Source: an uncultured cyanobacterium
Lineage (GTDB): Bacteria; Cyanobacteriota; Cyanobacteriia; Cyanobacteriales; Microcystaceae
Reading direction: 5' to 3'
Assembly (NCBI GenBank): GCA_963807635.1
Contig: CAWEDJ010000105.1
Location: forward strand, 1 to 64,000
Length of the DNA: 64,000 nucleotides
In this document: positions 22,762-34,210 of the stretch, piece by piece
How positions within the stretch are numbered: the stretch's first letter is position 1
How the letters are laid out: each line of letters opens with the position of its first letter
Program-made: the position numbers and the translations under genes
The notes under the pieces: generated by a model
The model's input: only the letters and a program-made list of their open reading frames with translations
Told to the model about the DNA's origin: nothing
Database searches by the model: none

Positions 22762-23034
22762 TTAGTCCAGTAAATCATCTGAAGATAATCTGCCTTCCAT
22801 AGGTTCGTACTCATCCTCTAATAACCATAATTTAGCAATTTCATAATTATCAGTGGAAAATATTACTTGATAATCCTTCGCTGGATCATAAATATAATAT
22901 TGACCTTTCTTATCTGCCAACAATAAAAGCAAATAAGGAGGGGCTAACATCGGATCGCTCCAAACCTCTGTAAATTGCCAATCAGTCTCTACTTGGACTG
23001 CTTCTAGGGATAACGTAATATTGGTTGTCGTCAT
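22762..23034 (-). CDS. Hypothetical acidic protein
   Basis: 90-aa ORF lying between two diverged direct repeats. Confidence 0.6.
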   Translation of the reverse strand: MTTTNITLSLEAVQVETDWQFTEVWSDPMLAPPYLLLLLADKKGQYYIYDPAKDYQVIFSTDNYEIAKLWLLEDEYEPMEGRLSSDDLLD

Positions 23035-23230
23035 TATTTTCGGTTACATCTCTTCTTAAGCAAATAGCAGTATTTATTTGTTTAGTGACATTGTAGCCTT
23101 CTTCAAATCGAAATCTTAATCAAAATTATAATCAATGAACGACTGTTTCTGTCAATTTCGTTTACCAGTAACCACTTTAATATACGCTTTACAATAAAAT
23201 AATCGTCATTCAGAATTGAGGAAAACCCGA

Positions 23231-25841
23231 ATGTTAGAAGAATACCGCCAACACGCTGAAGAAAGAGCATTGCTTGGCATCCCTCCCCTTCCTCTCAATG
23301 CGTCCCAAACATCGAGCCTTTGCGATCTGCTCACCCATTCATCAGAAGCTTTACAAGGGGAATTATTATTGCTTTTACGCGATCGCGTCCCGCCTGGGGT
23401 TGATGAAGCCGCCTATGTCAAAGCAGGATTTTTAACCGCGATCGCCAGAGGAGAGCTTGAATGTCCTGCTATTTCTGCCCAGGGAGCCGTTAGCCTATTG
23501 GGAACGATGATCGGGGGCTATAACGTTCAATCTTTGGTGAAATTACTCAAATTCAAAGATAGTAATATTGCCGCTTCCGCCGCCACAGCCTTAAGTAAAA
23601 CTCTACTGGTATTTGATGCCTTCCATGAAGTTTTAGAATTATCCGAAACCAATCCCTACGCCAAACAAGTGGTAGATGCCTGGGCCAATGCTGCCTGGTT
23701 TATTGGTAAACCCAAATTAGCTGAAAGTATTACCGTTACCGTTTTTAAAGTCCCAGGCGAAACCAACACCGATGATCTTTCCCCCGCAACCCACGCCACC
23801 ACGCGCCCTGATATTCCCCTCCATGCGTTGGCCATGTTGGAAAGTCGTTTACCAGGCAGTTTAGAAAAAATTACCGAACTCAAACAAAAAGGCCATCCCG
23901 TTGCCTATGTGGGAGATGTGGTGGGAACAGGATCTTCCCGTAAATCTGCCATCAATTCAGTACTTTGGCACATTGGCGATGATATTCCCTTTGTCCCCAA
24001 TAAGCGATCGGGCGGTTATATTCTAGGCGGAAAAATTGCCCCCATTTTCTTTAATACTGCCGAAGATTCAGGAGCCTTACCCATTGAATGTGATGTTTCT
24101 CAATTGGAAACGGGCGACGTGATCACCATCCATCCCTATCAAGGCCAAATTACCAACGAAGCAGGCGAAATCATTTCAACCTTTACCCTCAAACCCGACA
24201 CGATTCTGGATGAAGTTCGCGCTGGCGGTCGTATTCCCCTCTTAATTGGTCGCAGTTTAACCGATAAAACCCGTGAAGCCTTGGGCTTAGAACCCAGTCC
24301 CCTCTTTGCTCGCCCTTCTATGCCGACTGATACAGGCAAAGGATTTACCCTAGCCCAAAAAATGGTGGGTAAAGCTTGTGGTTTACCTGGCGTTCGTCCT
24401 GGCACATCCTGCGATCCGATTATGACAACAGTAGGTTCCCAGGATACCACTGGCCCGATGACGAGGGATGAATTAAAAGAATTAGCTTGTTTAGGGTTTA
24501 GTGCAGACTTAACCATGCAAAGTTTCTGTCATACGGCGGCCTATCCCAAGCCCGTTGATATTAAAACCCATAAGGAATTACCCGATTTTTTCTCCACTCG
24601 TGGCGGTGTCGCTCTGCGTCCTGGCGATGGCATTATTCACTCCTGGCTCAATCGGATGCTATTACCCGATACGGTCGGTACAGGTGGCGATTCCCATACC
24701 CGTTTTCCCTTGGGGATTTCCTTTCCAGCAGGGTCGGGTTTAGTGGCCTTTGCCGCCGCTTTAGGAGTCATGCCCTTGGATATGCCTGAATCCGTTTTAG
24801 TCAAATTTACAGGAGAATTACAACCAGGCGTAACCCTGCGCGATATTGTGAATGCCATTCCCTGGGTCGCGATGCAACAGGGCAAGTTAACCTTCGGCAA
24901 GGAAAACAAAATTAACGTCTTCAACGGTCGGGTGATGGAAATGGAAGGTTTGCCTGATCTCAAGGTGGAACAAGCCTTTGAATTAACCGATGCGACGGCG
25001 GAACGTTCCTGTGCAGGTTCAACCATTAAACTCAGTGAAGAAACGGTGGCGGAATATCTGCGATCCAATGTGGCTTTGTTGAAAAATATGGCGGCACGGG
25101 GCTATCAAGATGCACGAACCATTCTGCGTCGGGTGGCAAAAATGGAACAGTGGTTGGCAAAGCCTTCCTTGATGTCTGCGGATGCGGATGCGGAATATGC
25201 AGATGTGATTGAGGTTAATTTGAATGAGATTAAAGAACCCATTGTGGCGGCTCCCAATGATCCTGACAATATTAAGTTAATGTCGGAATGTGCGGGCGAC
25301 AAAATTGATGAGGTCTTTATCGGTTCCTGTATGACAAATATCGGTCATTATCGGGCGGCCGCGAAGATTTTAGAAGGGGCGGGAACGGTGAAAGTTCGGC
25401 TCTGGATTTGTCCTCCTACTCGTATGGATGAACAACAACTCCGCTCTGAAGGAATTTACGAGATTTTTGAAGCGGCTCAAGCTCGAACGGAAATGCCTGG
25501 TTGTTCTCTTTGTATGGGAAATCAAGCCCGTGTGGAAGATAATGCAACGGTGTTTTCGACTTCTACCCGTAATTTTAATAACCGTATGGGGAAAGGGGCG
25601 CGAGTCTATCTCGGTTCGGCTGAGTTGGGAGCGGTTTGTGCCTTACTCGGTAAGATTCCAACGGTTGAAGAATATATGGCGATTGTGCAGGAAAAAGTCG
25701 ATCCGTTTGCGGGTGAGTTATATCGTTACCTCAACTTTGATCAGATTACGGGTTTTGAGGATGAAGGCCAGTGTAATTGCGATCGAGGATATGCCTAAGA
25801 TTGAGGATATTTTGGGGATTCCTGCGGGAGTGTTGAGTTAA
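23231..25841 (+). CDS. acnB: Aconitate hydratase B; frameshift near 25770
   Basis: [38 protein letters not shown]; true C-terminus [15 protein letters not shown] in shifted frame. Confidence 0.95.
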
Positions 25842-25893
25842 ATTTAGATTGGGGTGGGTCTTTTCTGATTCACCTCGATTTAACTTCATTTTT

Positions 25894-26082
25894 ATGGGGA
25901 AAAGTCACTTTAAAAAGGCGATCGCCTCTTTGGAGTCCCGAATCGCTGAACATCAAGAAAAAATTAGATTAGAATCAAACAAAGAGTTGGTCGATCAAGC
26001 ACTAATTAAGCATTGGCAAAAAGAAATTAGGGCTTTTGAAAAAGGTATCCAACAAGCATTAAAGAGATTAGGTAAAAACTAA
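25894..26082 (+). CDS. Small basic hypothetical protein (TA-like pair, gene 1)
   Basis: MGKSHFKKAIASLESRIAEHQEKI..; TAATG coupling to next gene. Confidence 0.6.
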   Translation: MGKSHFKKAIASLESRIAEHQEKIRLESNKELVDQALIKHWQKEIRAFEKGIQQALKRLGKN

Positions 26083-26333
26083 TGCAATTAATCACTAGAA
26101 AAATTAACACTCAAAATTCTACTTTAAATCGGTTAATTATTGAGTTACAGGAAGAATGTCAAAATGTTCTTTCTTTAGTCAATCAATTACAGTTATCTGA
26201 ACTCAATGATCGCCAAACAGGTGAGATTTTATCAGAGTTGTTGGTTTCGACTATTCATTTGCAGTCTCACTGTGATGAGGATTTACAAAATTTAATTTCT
26301 GATGAGCTAGAAGTTTTAGCCCATGATATTTAG
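26082..26333 (+). CDS. Small acidic hypothetical protein (TA-like pair, gene 2)
   Basis: 83-aa ORF translationally coupled to previous gene. Confidence 0.6.
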   Translation: MQLITRKINTQNSTLNRLIIELQEECQNVLSLVNQLQLSELNDRQTGEILSELLVSTIHLQSHCDEDLQNLISDELEVLAHDI

Positions 26334-26447
26334 AGAATATATCCTCGATTAAGGATATATTAGTGATTTTTGTGGGAGTTATGAGATAAAATTAGTTTAG
26401 AGTGAGTTTTATGGCTTATTCTCTATATTTTATAAATAAGATTCGTT

Positions 26448-27740
26448 ATGAAATTTGAAATTTTGTGTATTGATCAGCAAGGAAAAGTTGACTTTAGTCA
26501 TGAACAAAGATTTGCTAATTCTATTTCATCTAATGAAAAGCTTTGTAATTCTGTCTTAATAAAGATTAATAAAGATTTAGATAGTGATTCTAATAACTGT
26601 TATGAAGATGAGGAAAAAAGCCTAAGATGGTTTTTTCAATTATTAGATACAAGTAAGGTTGTTGGAGACCTTTTTACTTCTGCTTTTATCATAATTGTTG
26701 AAGGAGAAGAAAAAATAATAGGAGAGCTAAGAGAAGACCTTTTAAAATACTTAAGAAAATTAGGCTTTAATCATTTAAGAATTTTAACAGATGAGTTTTC
26801 TCAAAATATTTCTAGACAAATTTATCCTTTACTAAACGAGCTAGAAAACTTATTGCGACGTTATATTGTAAGGTTTTTCCTGACAAAGATTGGCTTAAAT
26901 TGGTTTGATATAATAGCATCTCAAAAATCGCAAGACAAGCGAAAGGTAAGGGTTAGAAATGAAAAACTCTTTAATCAATTAATCGATACAGATGTTGAAT
27001 TAGTTGATTTTGATGAACTGGGAGAAATTATTTATCAACAACGCACTGCTTTCAGCAAGACAGAAGAGATTATTAGAAATATAGAAAATGCCAGTTGCTT
27101 GGATGAATTAAAGAATTCAATACAGGGTAACTATGCAAAATATTTTAAAAAATACTTTGAAAGACAACAATTTGAAAGTAAATGGAAAAGATGCTATGAA
27201 ATACGAAATAAAGTTGCTCACAATTATCTTTTTACAAAAGAAGACCTTGACGATTCTCTTAATTTGATTGAGGAGTTAAAAAAAATTATTAATGATGCTG
27301 ACTCAGAAATAGATAAAGCGATATTCAGTATTTCAGAAAAGGAAGCATTAATTGCAAAATCAATGCCTTCAGATCGTATTGATAGCGAAATGACTGATCG
27401 TCCTACATATCAATATAATGGACAATCTAATTACAATACAACTCTAACTAATAATAGCCAAGAATTTAAAAAAGCAGTATCAGAAGAAGAGTTTCTTGAA
27501 GAGTTACAAGAATCTGAAAAGACTATAGATTTTGGAAAGGATACTTTTATTGGGTTGAGATATTTCGTAACCGATATTCTAGCTAAAAAAGGCTATGAAG
27601 TTCATACTTCTTATGCAATAGCGAATATCTTAGCGGACAAATATAAGGTTGAAATTTATGATGTTGATAATCCTAATCCTAATGCCTCATTCCCAACAAA
27701 AGCCATTAAATCAATTTGTTCTGAACCACAACAATTTTGA
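26448..27740 (+). CDS. HEPN-domain protein (Swt1-like), putative RNase/defence gene
   Basis: ENLLRRYI, DFDEL and RNKVAH (RxxxxH) motifs; AT-rich. Confidence 0.65.
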   Translation: MKFEILCIDQQGKVDFSHEQRFANSISSNEKLCNSVLIKINKDLDSDSNNCYEDEEKSLRWFFQLLDTSKVVGDLFTSAFIIIVEGEEKIIGELREDLLKYLRKLGFNHLRILTDEFSQNISRQIYPLLNELENLLRRYIVRFFLTKIGLNWFDIIASQKSQDKRKVRVRNEKLFNQLIDTDVELVDFDELGEIIYQQRTAFSKTEEIIRNIENASCLDELKNSIQGNYAKYFKKYFERQQFESKWKRCYEIRNKVAHNYLFTKEDLDDSLNLIEELKKIINDADSEIDKAIFSISEKEALIAKSMPSDRIDSEMTDRPTYQYNGQSNYNTTLTNNSQEFKKAVSEEEFLEELQESEKTIDFGKDTFIGLRYFVTDILAKKGYEVHTSYAIANILADKYKVEIYDVDNPNPNASFPTKAIKSICSEPQQF

Positions 27741-27803
27741 CAACAATATATTAAAATCGGTTTTAAGTAGAAATTACTGGTTAAAAAAATAGAACTTGAT
27801 GAG

Positions 27804-27901
27804 GTGATAGCATTTTTATTGAGTTTAGGAAAGGCGATCGCTGTTTTTAGGATTTTGAGAAGTGCGATCGCGTTTTACTGAGTTTAGGAATGGCGATCGC
27901 G
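27804..27901. repeat. About 29-30 bp HIP1-anchored tandem repeat
   Basis: TGAGTTTAGGAA(A/T)GGCGATCGC-like units, three intact HIP1 plus one degenerate. Confidence 0.6.
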
Positions 27902-27917
27902 TAACAATCAATTGTTT

Positions 27918-30799
27918 TTAAAGCGATCGCGTCTTAAATATGACCAATTTGCGTAACTCCTCAGCCCCTAATAAGATGGGAGGACATAAAAATAAGAGAG
28001 CGATTTGCCAACTCATTAAAGCCGCAGTCCCAAAGATGGTTTGTAAAGGAGAAAAATAAATCAGGGATAAAATCAAAATCCATTCGGTCGCAATGCCTAT
28101 CCAAATTAGACGATTGCGAAACCAACCCAACTTAAACGCAGAAGTTTGTTCCGAACGACAGGCGAAAACATTTCCATCTTGACAGGCAACGATCACGGCC
28201 AGGGTCATGGTCGTCGCTTGGGCATAGATAGCCATGATCGCTAAATTAGCGGTTCGGCTCAAAATTTCAGGCGTAATCATCTGTAAATCGGATAAACTAT
28301 AACCATAGCTCCACCAAACAATAAAAAAGCCCGCCATTCCCAAGGTTGCTTCGATTAAGCCTAAAAAACAGTAGGCTCGCAATAAAAGAGATTTATCTAA
28401 TAAGGCTTGATGCTTCGGGCGGGGAGGTTGTTGCATGGTTCCTGATTCCGCTGGCTCTACTCCCAGGGCTAGGGCGGGAATCATATCGGTTCCTAAGTCA
28501 ATGGCGAGAATTTGCATGATGACCAAAGCAGGGGGGATTTTTAACGCAACCATCAATAAAAAAGGCACTAATTCTGCCACATTGGAAGCCAAAATATAGG
28601 TCATAAATTTGCGAATATTTTGGTAAACAGTGCGTCCTTCTTCAATTGCATTAACAATAGTGGCAAAATTATCATCCGTCAAGACAATATCCGCCGCTTC
28701 CCGTGCCACATCGGTTCCATTTAACCCCATTGCAATCCCAATATTCCCTGCTCGCAAGGCGGGTGCATCATTCACCCCATCCCCTGTGACGGCAACGATT
28801 TCCCCCAAATCCTGATAGGCATGGACTAAGCGCAATTTTTGTTCGGGAGCCATCCGTGCAAAGACCAGACCAGACCGATATTTTAAAATTTGTCGCAGTT
28901 GGGCATCGGATAAATGACCCAGCCCATCCCCTGTGACGACTCGGACTTTATCTTTGACCAGACCAATGCGACGGGCGATCGCTTCGGCGGTTAATCCGTA
29001 ATCTCCTGTGACCATCGTGATCGTGATTCCTGCGGCTTGGCAACGGGCGATCGCGTCAGGAACTTCGGGACGGGGCGGATCAAACATGGCGACGAGACCA
29101 ATGAAAACGAGATTTTGCTCTAACTCCTGGGGCTTTTGTTCCAATAACTCGCCATTTCCCTGACGAATGGCTAATCCTAACACTCGAAAACCTTCCTGAG
29201 CTAGACGATCATTGGCCGCGATAATGGCCTGGCGATCGCTGGCGGTTAACTCGATCATTTGTCCCAGGCGTAAAATTCTCTGACAACGGCGTGAAACTTC
29301 TAAGGGTGCGCCTTTGGTAAAACTGAGATAGGAAGAATTAGGCAGAATGGGGGCAAACTCCTCGGAATGTTGCCAATCTAAAACCACCGTCATCATCCGT
29401 CGCCGCGAATCAAAGGGAACTTCCCGTTGACGGGCATAGTTTTTTTGCAGATCTTCTAAATTGAGATGGGCTTTTAATGCCGCTACTAATAAAGCCGCTT
29501 CGGTGGGATCGCCCATTTCTTGCCAACGACTCGATCCCAAGGGATGGACTAAATGGGCATTGGAACAAAGGGCTGCACCGATGAGGAGTAACTGGAGTTG
29601 CTGTCGGGCTTCGGTTTGGTCGGGCATAGCGATCGCCCCAGTGGTCGGATCATAGCCTTCTCCTGTCACTGCTACGGTTTGTCCATTGTTTGTACTCGGA
29701 ATCCACAGCGATCGCACGGTCATCTCATTTTTGGTCAGCGTTCCCGTTTTATCCGTGCAAATAATGGTGGTCGCACTCAGGGTTTCTACTGCCGAAAGAC
29801 GACGAACTAAAGCATTCCGTTTAGCCATTCGTTGTACCCCCATTGCGAGGGAAAGAGTGACAGTGGGCAATAATCCTTCAGGAACTGGGCCACAATAATG
29901 CCGATCGCAAAAATAAAACTCTCTTTCAATTCCATGCGACTCAAAAAAGAAGTCAACAGAAAAACCAATGTCCCCATACCCAAGGCAATCATGGTGATCA
30001 GGCGGACGATTTGGCTAATTTGCACTTCTAAGGTGCTGGGTTCTCGGATGACCTTGGTGGTGAGATGAGCGACGTGGCCAAATTCCGTCTGCGCTCCCGT
30101 TGCATAGACCACACCAACTCCTCTGCCTGCGGAAATTGTGGAACCTGCTAGGACTAAATTGCGAACTTCTTCCGCTTTAACAGGATCTTGTAAGGAACTT
30201 TCTCCTGCATGAACCAATACATTCCCCCCCCGCACAGGAACCACTTCTCGAATTTGGGCAGGTTCAGGAGAACGGGCAACGGGCAAAGATTCCCCCGTCA
30301 TCACCGATACATCCACATACAAACTCTCTGCCGACACTAATCGCAAATCCGCCGAAATGCGATCGCCTTCTTCCAGTTGCACCAGATCGCCCCGCACCAA
30401 TTCCCGCGCCAGGATCGTTTTTAATTGCCCTTCTCGATAGACTTTGACTTGAACGGGTAAAACTTTTTTCAGGGCATCTAGGGCTTTTTCGGCTCGAAAT
30501 TCCTGACTAAAACTAAATAGGGCATTAATCCAAATCACTGCCCAAATGGCCCAACCGAGGGCGGCAGTATGGGAAATAAAGGCTAAAATCCCTGCAACCC
30601 AGAGCAATAGGGCCATGAAGTGGGTTAACTGATCAGCAAATCGCAACCAGAGGGGACGACGAATCGGTTCGGGCAGTTCATTGGGGCCATAGTGTTCTAA
30701 TCTCAGGGCGGCTTCTTCTTCGGATAAACCCTGGGCGGAGGTTTCCAGGCGAGCATAAACCGCATCGGTGGCGATCGACCAGACCGTTGTGTTATTCAT
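27918..30799 (-). CDS. Cation-transporting P-type ATPase (type II); frameshift near 29890
   Basis: TGES, DKTGTLT, KGAP, TGD, GDGVND motifs across two ORFs. Confidence 0.92.
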
Positions 30800-31065
30800 A
30801 TATTGGTTTAAAAAAAGAGTTTTAAAAAAGGTTTTATTACCTTAAATTTTAATTCCTGTTATCGGATTAGGGTCAATTTATTTTGAGATGCGATCGCGTT
30901 TAAATTTCTCTGTTATGAAGCGCAACGACTTAAGCAATCTTAAATTATTAATATATATTACAATCCGAGTCCTTTTTTAACTCATTAAAATCGTTTAATG
31001 TTCACATCCATTTTATCTGTTTTTCAGAGTAAGAGATATTAGAAAAATGTATTAAACCTAGAAAG

Positions 31066-31354
31066 TTAGGCAATAGATAAACGTTTAACTTCAATATTAC
31101 CTATCGTTTTTTCAGTTTGCCAGAGATCGTATTGCATTTGTTGATTGAGCCAACTTTCAGGAGAAGTTCCAAATGCTTTTCCTAATCGAATGGCGATTTC
31201 AGGGGTGATACTTGCTCTTGCCGTTTAAAATAGCAGATAGGTTTTGCTGACTAACTCCTAATGCTTCGGCAAACTCTATCACGGTCATATTAAGAGGTTC
31301 GAGGCAAAGTTCTTTAATAACTTCACCTGGATGGGGGGGATTGTGCATTTTCAT
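31066..31354 (-). CDS. higA: HigA antitoxin (one extra base near 31220)
   Basis: [15 protein letters not shown]...[29 protein letters not shown]; missed by ORF track. Confidence 0.8.
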
Positions 31355-31633
31355 TAGTGGTAGTCCTCAAGATTAACGTTATCAGCATCAACGCCTTCAA
31401 ATATGAATGTAATTCGCCAGTTTCCAGAGACTTTCACTGACCAAGTTCCTTGGCGTTGTCCTGTCAATTCGTGTCAAGCTAGTCCAGGTAAATTCATATC
31501 TTGCGGGCAAGTCGCCGCGTTGAGGCGGGCTAGAATCATCCGAATACGATTTTGCCTGGGTCGATTGAATCCCTCGAAGGGTTCCTGATTCAAAGAATTT
31601 TTCTAAACCTCGATGTTTAAAACTGACTATCAT
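31354..31633 (-). pseudogene. higB: HigB toxin, frameshift plus in-frame TGA
   Basis: MIVSFKHRGLEKFF...WSVKVSGNWRITF..EDYH; TGA at 31474-31476 in the corrected frame. Confidence 0.8.
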
Positions 31634-31902
31634 TTACTGATTATAATCTATAGTATTTTGAATGACAAAGACTATTTAAACAGCAGAACACGGATTAAGA
31701 TGGATTTAAGGAGCGCACGGATTATTTTTGAAGGAATTTGATCAAAAATTGGTGAAGTTTATGTAATCAGTTTTATTTGTGTTTGGAGTCGGGAATTTTA
31801 GTCGGTGTAGTTAATAAAATTTAAAGATGTAAATAACAGCAAAAAGGCGTATTTATTTCATTTATGTACCCTGCGATCTCAAAGATTATCGTGTAAATTT
31901 TC

Positions 31903-32694
31903 TTATTTTTCTTCCATATTAAGCTCTTGACAGGTTTTTTGCCATCGATTAGTAAGATTTTGATTTAATTGTTTAAAATCCTTACTTGAGAGTAATATAC
32001 CTGCTGCTGATTTAACAGCTTCGTAGGTTGTACAAGCATTAAGAATAGTTGCAATAGCAGTAGAAGAATTTTGTCCTATTTTATGTAGAAAATGATAATA
32101 AAGTTCATCATAAATTTGTTGACAACGAACTCGAAGAATTTCAAGTTTTACCCATCCAAAAACAATTTCACTAGAAAAAACGAATTGTGTAATCCATGTA
32201 AGTAGCTCAAGATTATTGTGACGAAAAGTAAAAGCAAGAAGCCAAAGTATTACATACATAAGAACAATGACCCGTTTTCGCCCTAACATTGTTAAGGCAA
32301 TTTCTTTGCTAAAGAAAGCATTTTCCATTGTATTAGCCCCAAGACGCTGTACTGATGGAGAAAAAGAATTATTATAGTAGAGCGATGTATGCTCTTCAGA
32401 AAGAGGAACTCCAAATGAATCAGAAAAAAACTGCTTTCTCCTTACCGACTCCGCTCTTGGTAAAAAGTATAAACTCAATAACTGAGAAAAAGTAAAGTAG
32501 ATAAAAACAAAAACAACAAAAAAAATCTGAAGAATGTCTGCTCCTATTTTTCCAACGATTGAAGTTGAGTATGGAATTGCAAACGATAAAGCAGTATTAA
32601 TCCAAAAAAGTGAGGTGCTAAGCATCTCAAGTTTCTCAACGGAAGTATAATATTTAGAAACTTCATCAATTCTCTGTATATTTAGAGCCTTCAT
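31903..32694 (-). CDS. Multi-TM CBASS effector (4TM-like)
   Basis: Two pairs of hydrophobic helices; 4-bp overlap with the CD-NTase stop. Confidence 0.7.
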   Translation of the reverse strand: MKALNIQRIDEVSKYYTSVEKLEMLSTSLFWINTALSFAIPYSTSIVGKIGADILQIFFVVFVFIYFTFSQLLSLYFLPRAESVRRKQFFSDSFGVPLSEEHTSLYYNNSFSPSVQRLGANTMENAFFSKEIALTMLGRKRVIVLMYVILWLLAFTFRHNNLELLTWITQFVFSSEIVFGWVKLEILRVRCQQIYDELYYHFLHKIGQNSSTAIATILNACTTYEAVKSAAGILLSSKDFKQLNQNLTNRWQKTCQELNMEEK

Positions 32695-33476
32695 AATGGT
32701 GATATGATTTTTTTAATTTCTGACTCAGCAGAATAAGGCATTTGCTGGTTTTCGTAATCCTTTGCATTTTTGGCATACTGTTTAGCACGCTCAACCTTAT
32801 CCTTAATATATTGAGCCGTATCGTAGGTACAACTAAATTTCGACCAACATTCATAAAAATAGTCTTTTAAAAGTGAACATCCAAAAAATGATTGATTCAC
32901 AATATATTGTTCTATTGAGAATGACGGAAATGGTTGATTATTGATTGCATTCCAGTATTTAATCAATCTAACTAATGGTTTGATTTGATAATTATGATTT
33001 TTGTTTTTCTCTTGAATTAAACTATTAGTTTCTAACGGGTCTGTCCTTATCCATTCGAGCCAATCTAAAGCTGGTGAAGGAATCTGAAAGCCATCTTGGT
33101 AAATTGTGGGGACAAGTTCAAAGTTGATGTGATTTAAAGAAAGAACAATCGTTGGATATGATTGATAAATTTCTGAAGTATAATATTTTTTCTCAGCAAA
33201 ACGTCTAAGTCGGTCAAGATAAGTCTGAGGCTTTTTCTGACCATCAGAAGTATTAAAAACAACCATATAATCTATGTCTGAATATTTGTCTGCCTTACGA
33301 GGAAGAATTGTGCCACGAGTGCTAGAGCCAAATTGAGATTTTCCTATTATGTCCGTATCGAAATATAAATCCAGTCTCGACGAAAGTGTACTGATTGAAG
33401 TTGAAATACTAGACTTTTCTGCATCAGATAAGACAAGATCACTTGCCATGCTTGTTAAATAAGAGTTGACTGACAT
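32691..33476 (-). CDS. SMODS/CD-NTase cyclic oligonucleotide synthase
   Basis: FGSSTRGT..SDIDYMVVF, FELVP, TDP, VRLIKYWN, SFSIE; ATG at 33476 preferred. Confidence 0.85.
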   Translation of the reverse strand: MSVNSYLTSMASDLVLSDAEKSSISTSISTLSSRLDLYFDTDIIGKSQFGSSTRGTILPRKADKYSDIDYMVVFNTSDGQKKPQTYLDRLRRFAEKKYYTSEIYQSYPTIVLSLNHINFELVPTIYQDGFQIPSPALDWLEWIRTDPLETNSLIQEKNKNHNYQIKPLVRLIKYWNAINNQPFPSFSIEQYIVNQSFFGCSLLKDYFYECWSKFSCTYDTAQYIKDKVERAKQYAKNAKDYENQQMPYSAESEIKKIISPL

Positions 33477-33707
33477 AAGTTTAGAAATCTGAGACCTTTT
33501 AAGATAAACAATGTAAATACTACTAGTCTTTTCGTCAGACATAACCTTTTTCAAAGACTATTTTTAGTGTAGCTCATTCGTTAGAGTTGATCGCCGTTTC
33601 ATCCCTCTCGATCGCAAAGCCAGACTTTTATTAATGATTAGAAATTATTATGGTGAATCCGACAAATGGTATTGTCAAGACGATTTAGTTTAATTTTCTT
33701 ATTGTTG

Positions 33708-33992
33708 TTAATAAACTTCGTCATGAGTACCAAGATTAAGCAACAAAATTGATGACAAAGGCTTGTCCGAATTGTCTATAAATTGAAATAAAATTCTGTA
33801 ATTATAATCAACAGAACACGACCAAACATCACTCAATTCTCCCATTAATTTATGAGTTCTCAAGCTAGGATGAAAAGCATCTTCAGCTAACTTTTGTAAA
33901 GTTTTCGCAATTAAAGGGCGTAACTGGGGATTCTTGCGAATGAGACGTTTAAAAGCTCGCAACGATTTGGGAGTCCAACCAATTTCCCTCAA
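33708..33992 (-). CDS. RelE/YafQ-family toxin
   Basis: LRTHKL.G, YRILF, GTHDEVY. Confidence 0.85.
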   Translation of the reverse strand: MREIGWTPKSLRAFKRLIRKNPQLRPLIAKTLQKLAEDAFHPSLRTHKLMGELSDVWSCSVDYNYRILFQFIDNSDKPLSSILLLNLGTHDEVY

Positions 33993-34210
33993 TTATCCAA
34001 CTCCTCTAAAAAATCATTAACAGAACCAAACTTAACTTGTCCTGACTTATATTCAGCTTGAACTTCCTGAATTTCGGCAAGAAGTTGTTGACGTTGAGGC
34101 AAACTAAAACGATTATTTAACGTTGCAATTAATTCCTTTTGATCCTCTAGGGATAAAGCCTCTACCGCTTCCAATGCTTTCTGATATAGAGAAGTTTGTG
34201 TTGTAGTCAT
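33989..34210 (-). CDS. Cognate antitoxin
   Basis: 73 aa, acidic C-terminus, 4-bp overlap with toxin. Confidence 0.7.
   Translation of the reverse strand: MTTTQTSLYQKALEAVEALSLEDQKELIATLNNRFSLPQRQQLLAEIQEVQAEYKSGQVKFGSVNDFLEELDN

Noticed and set aside
27804..27901. Possible CRISPR array
   Set aside because: Few degenerate tandem units, no unique spacers of regular length, no cas genes.
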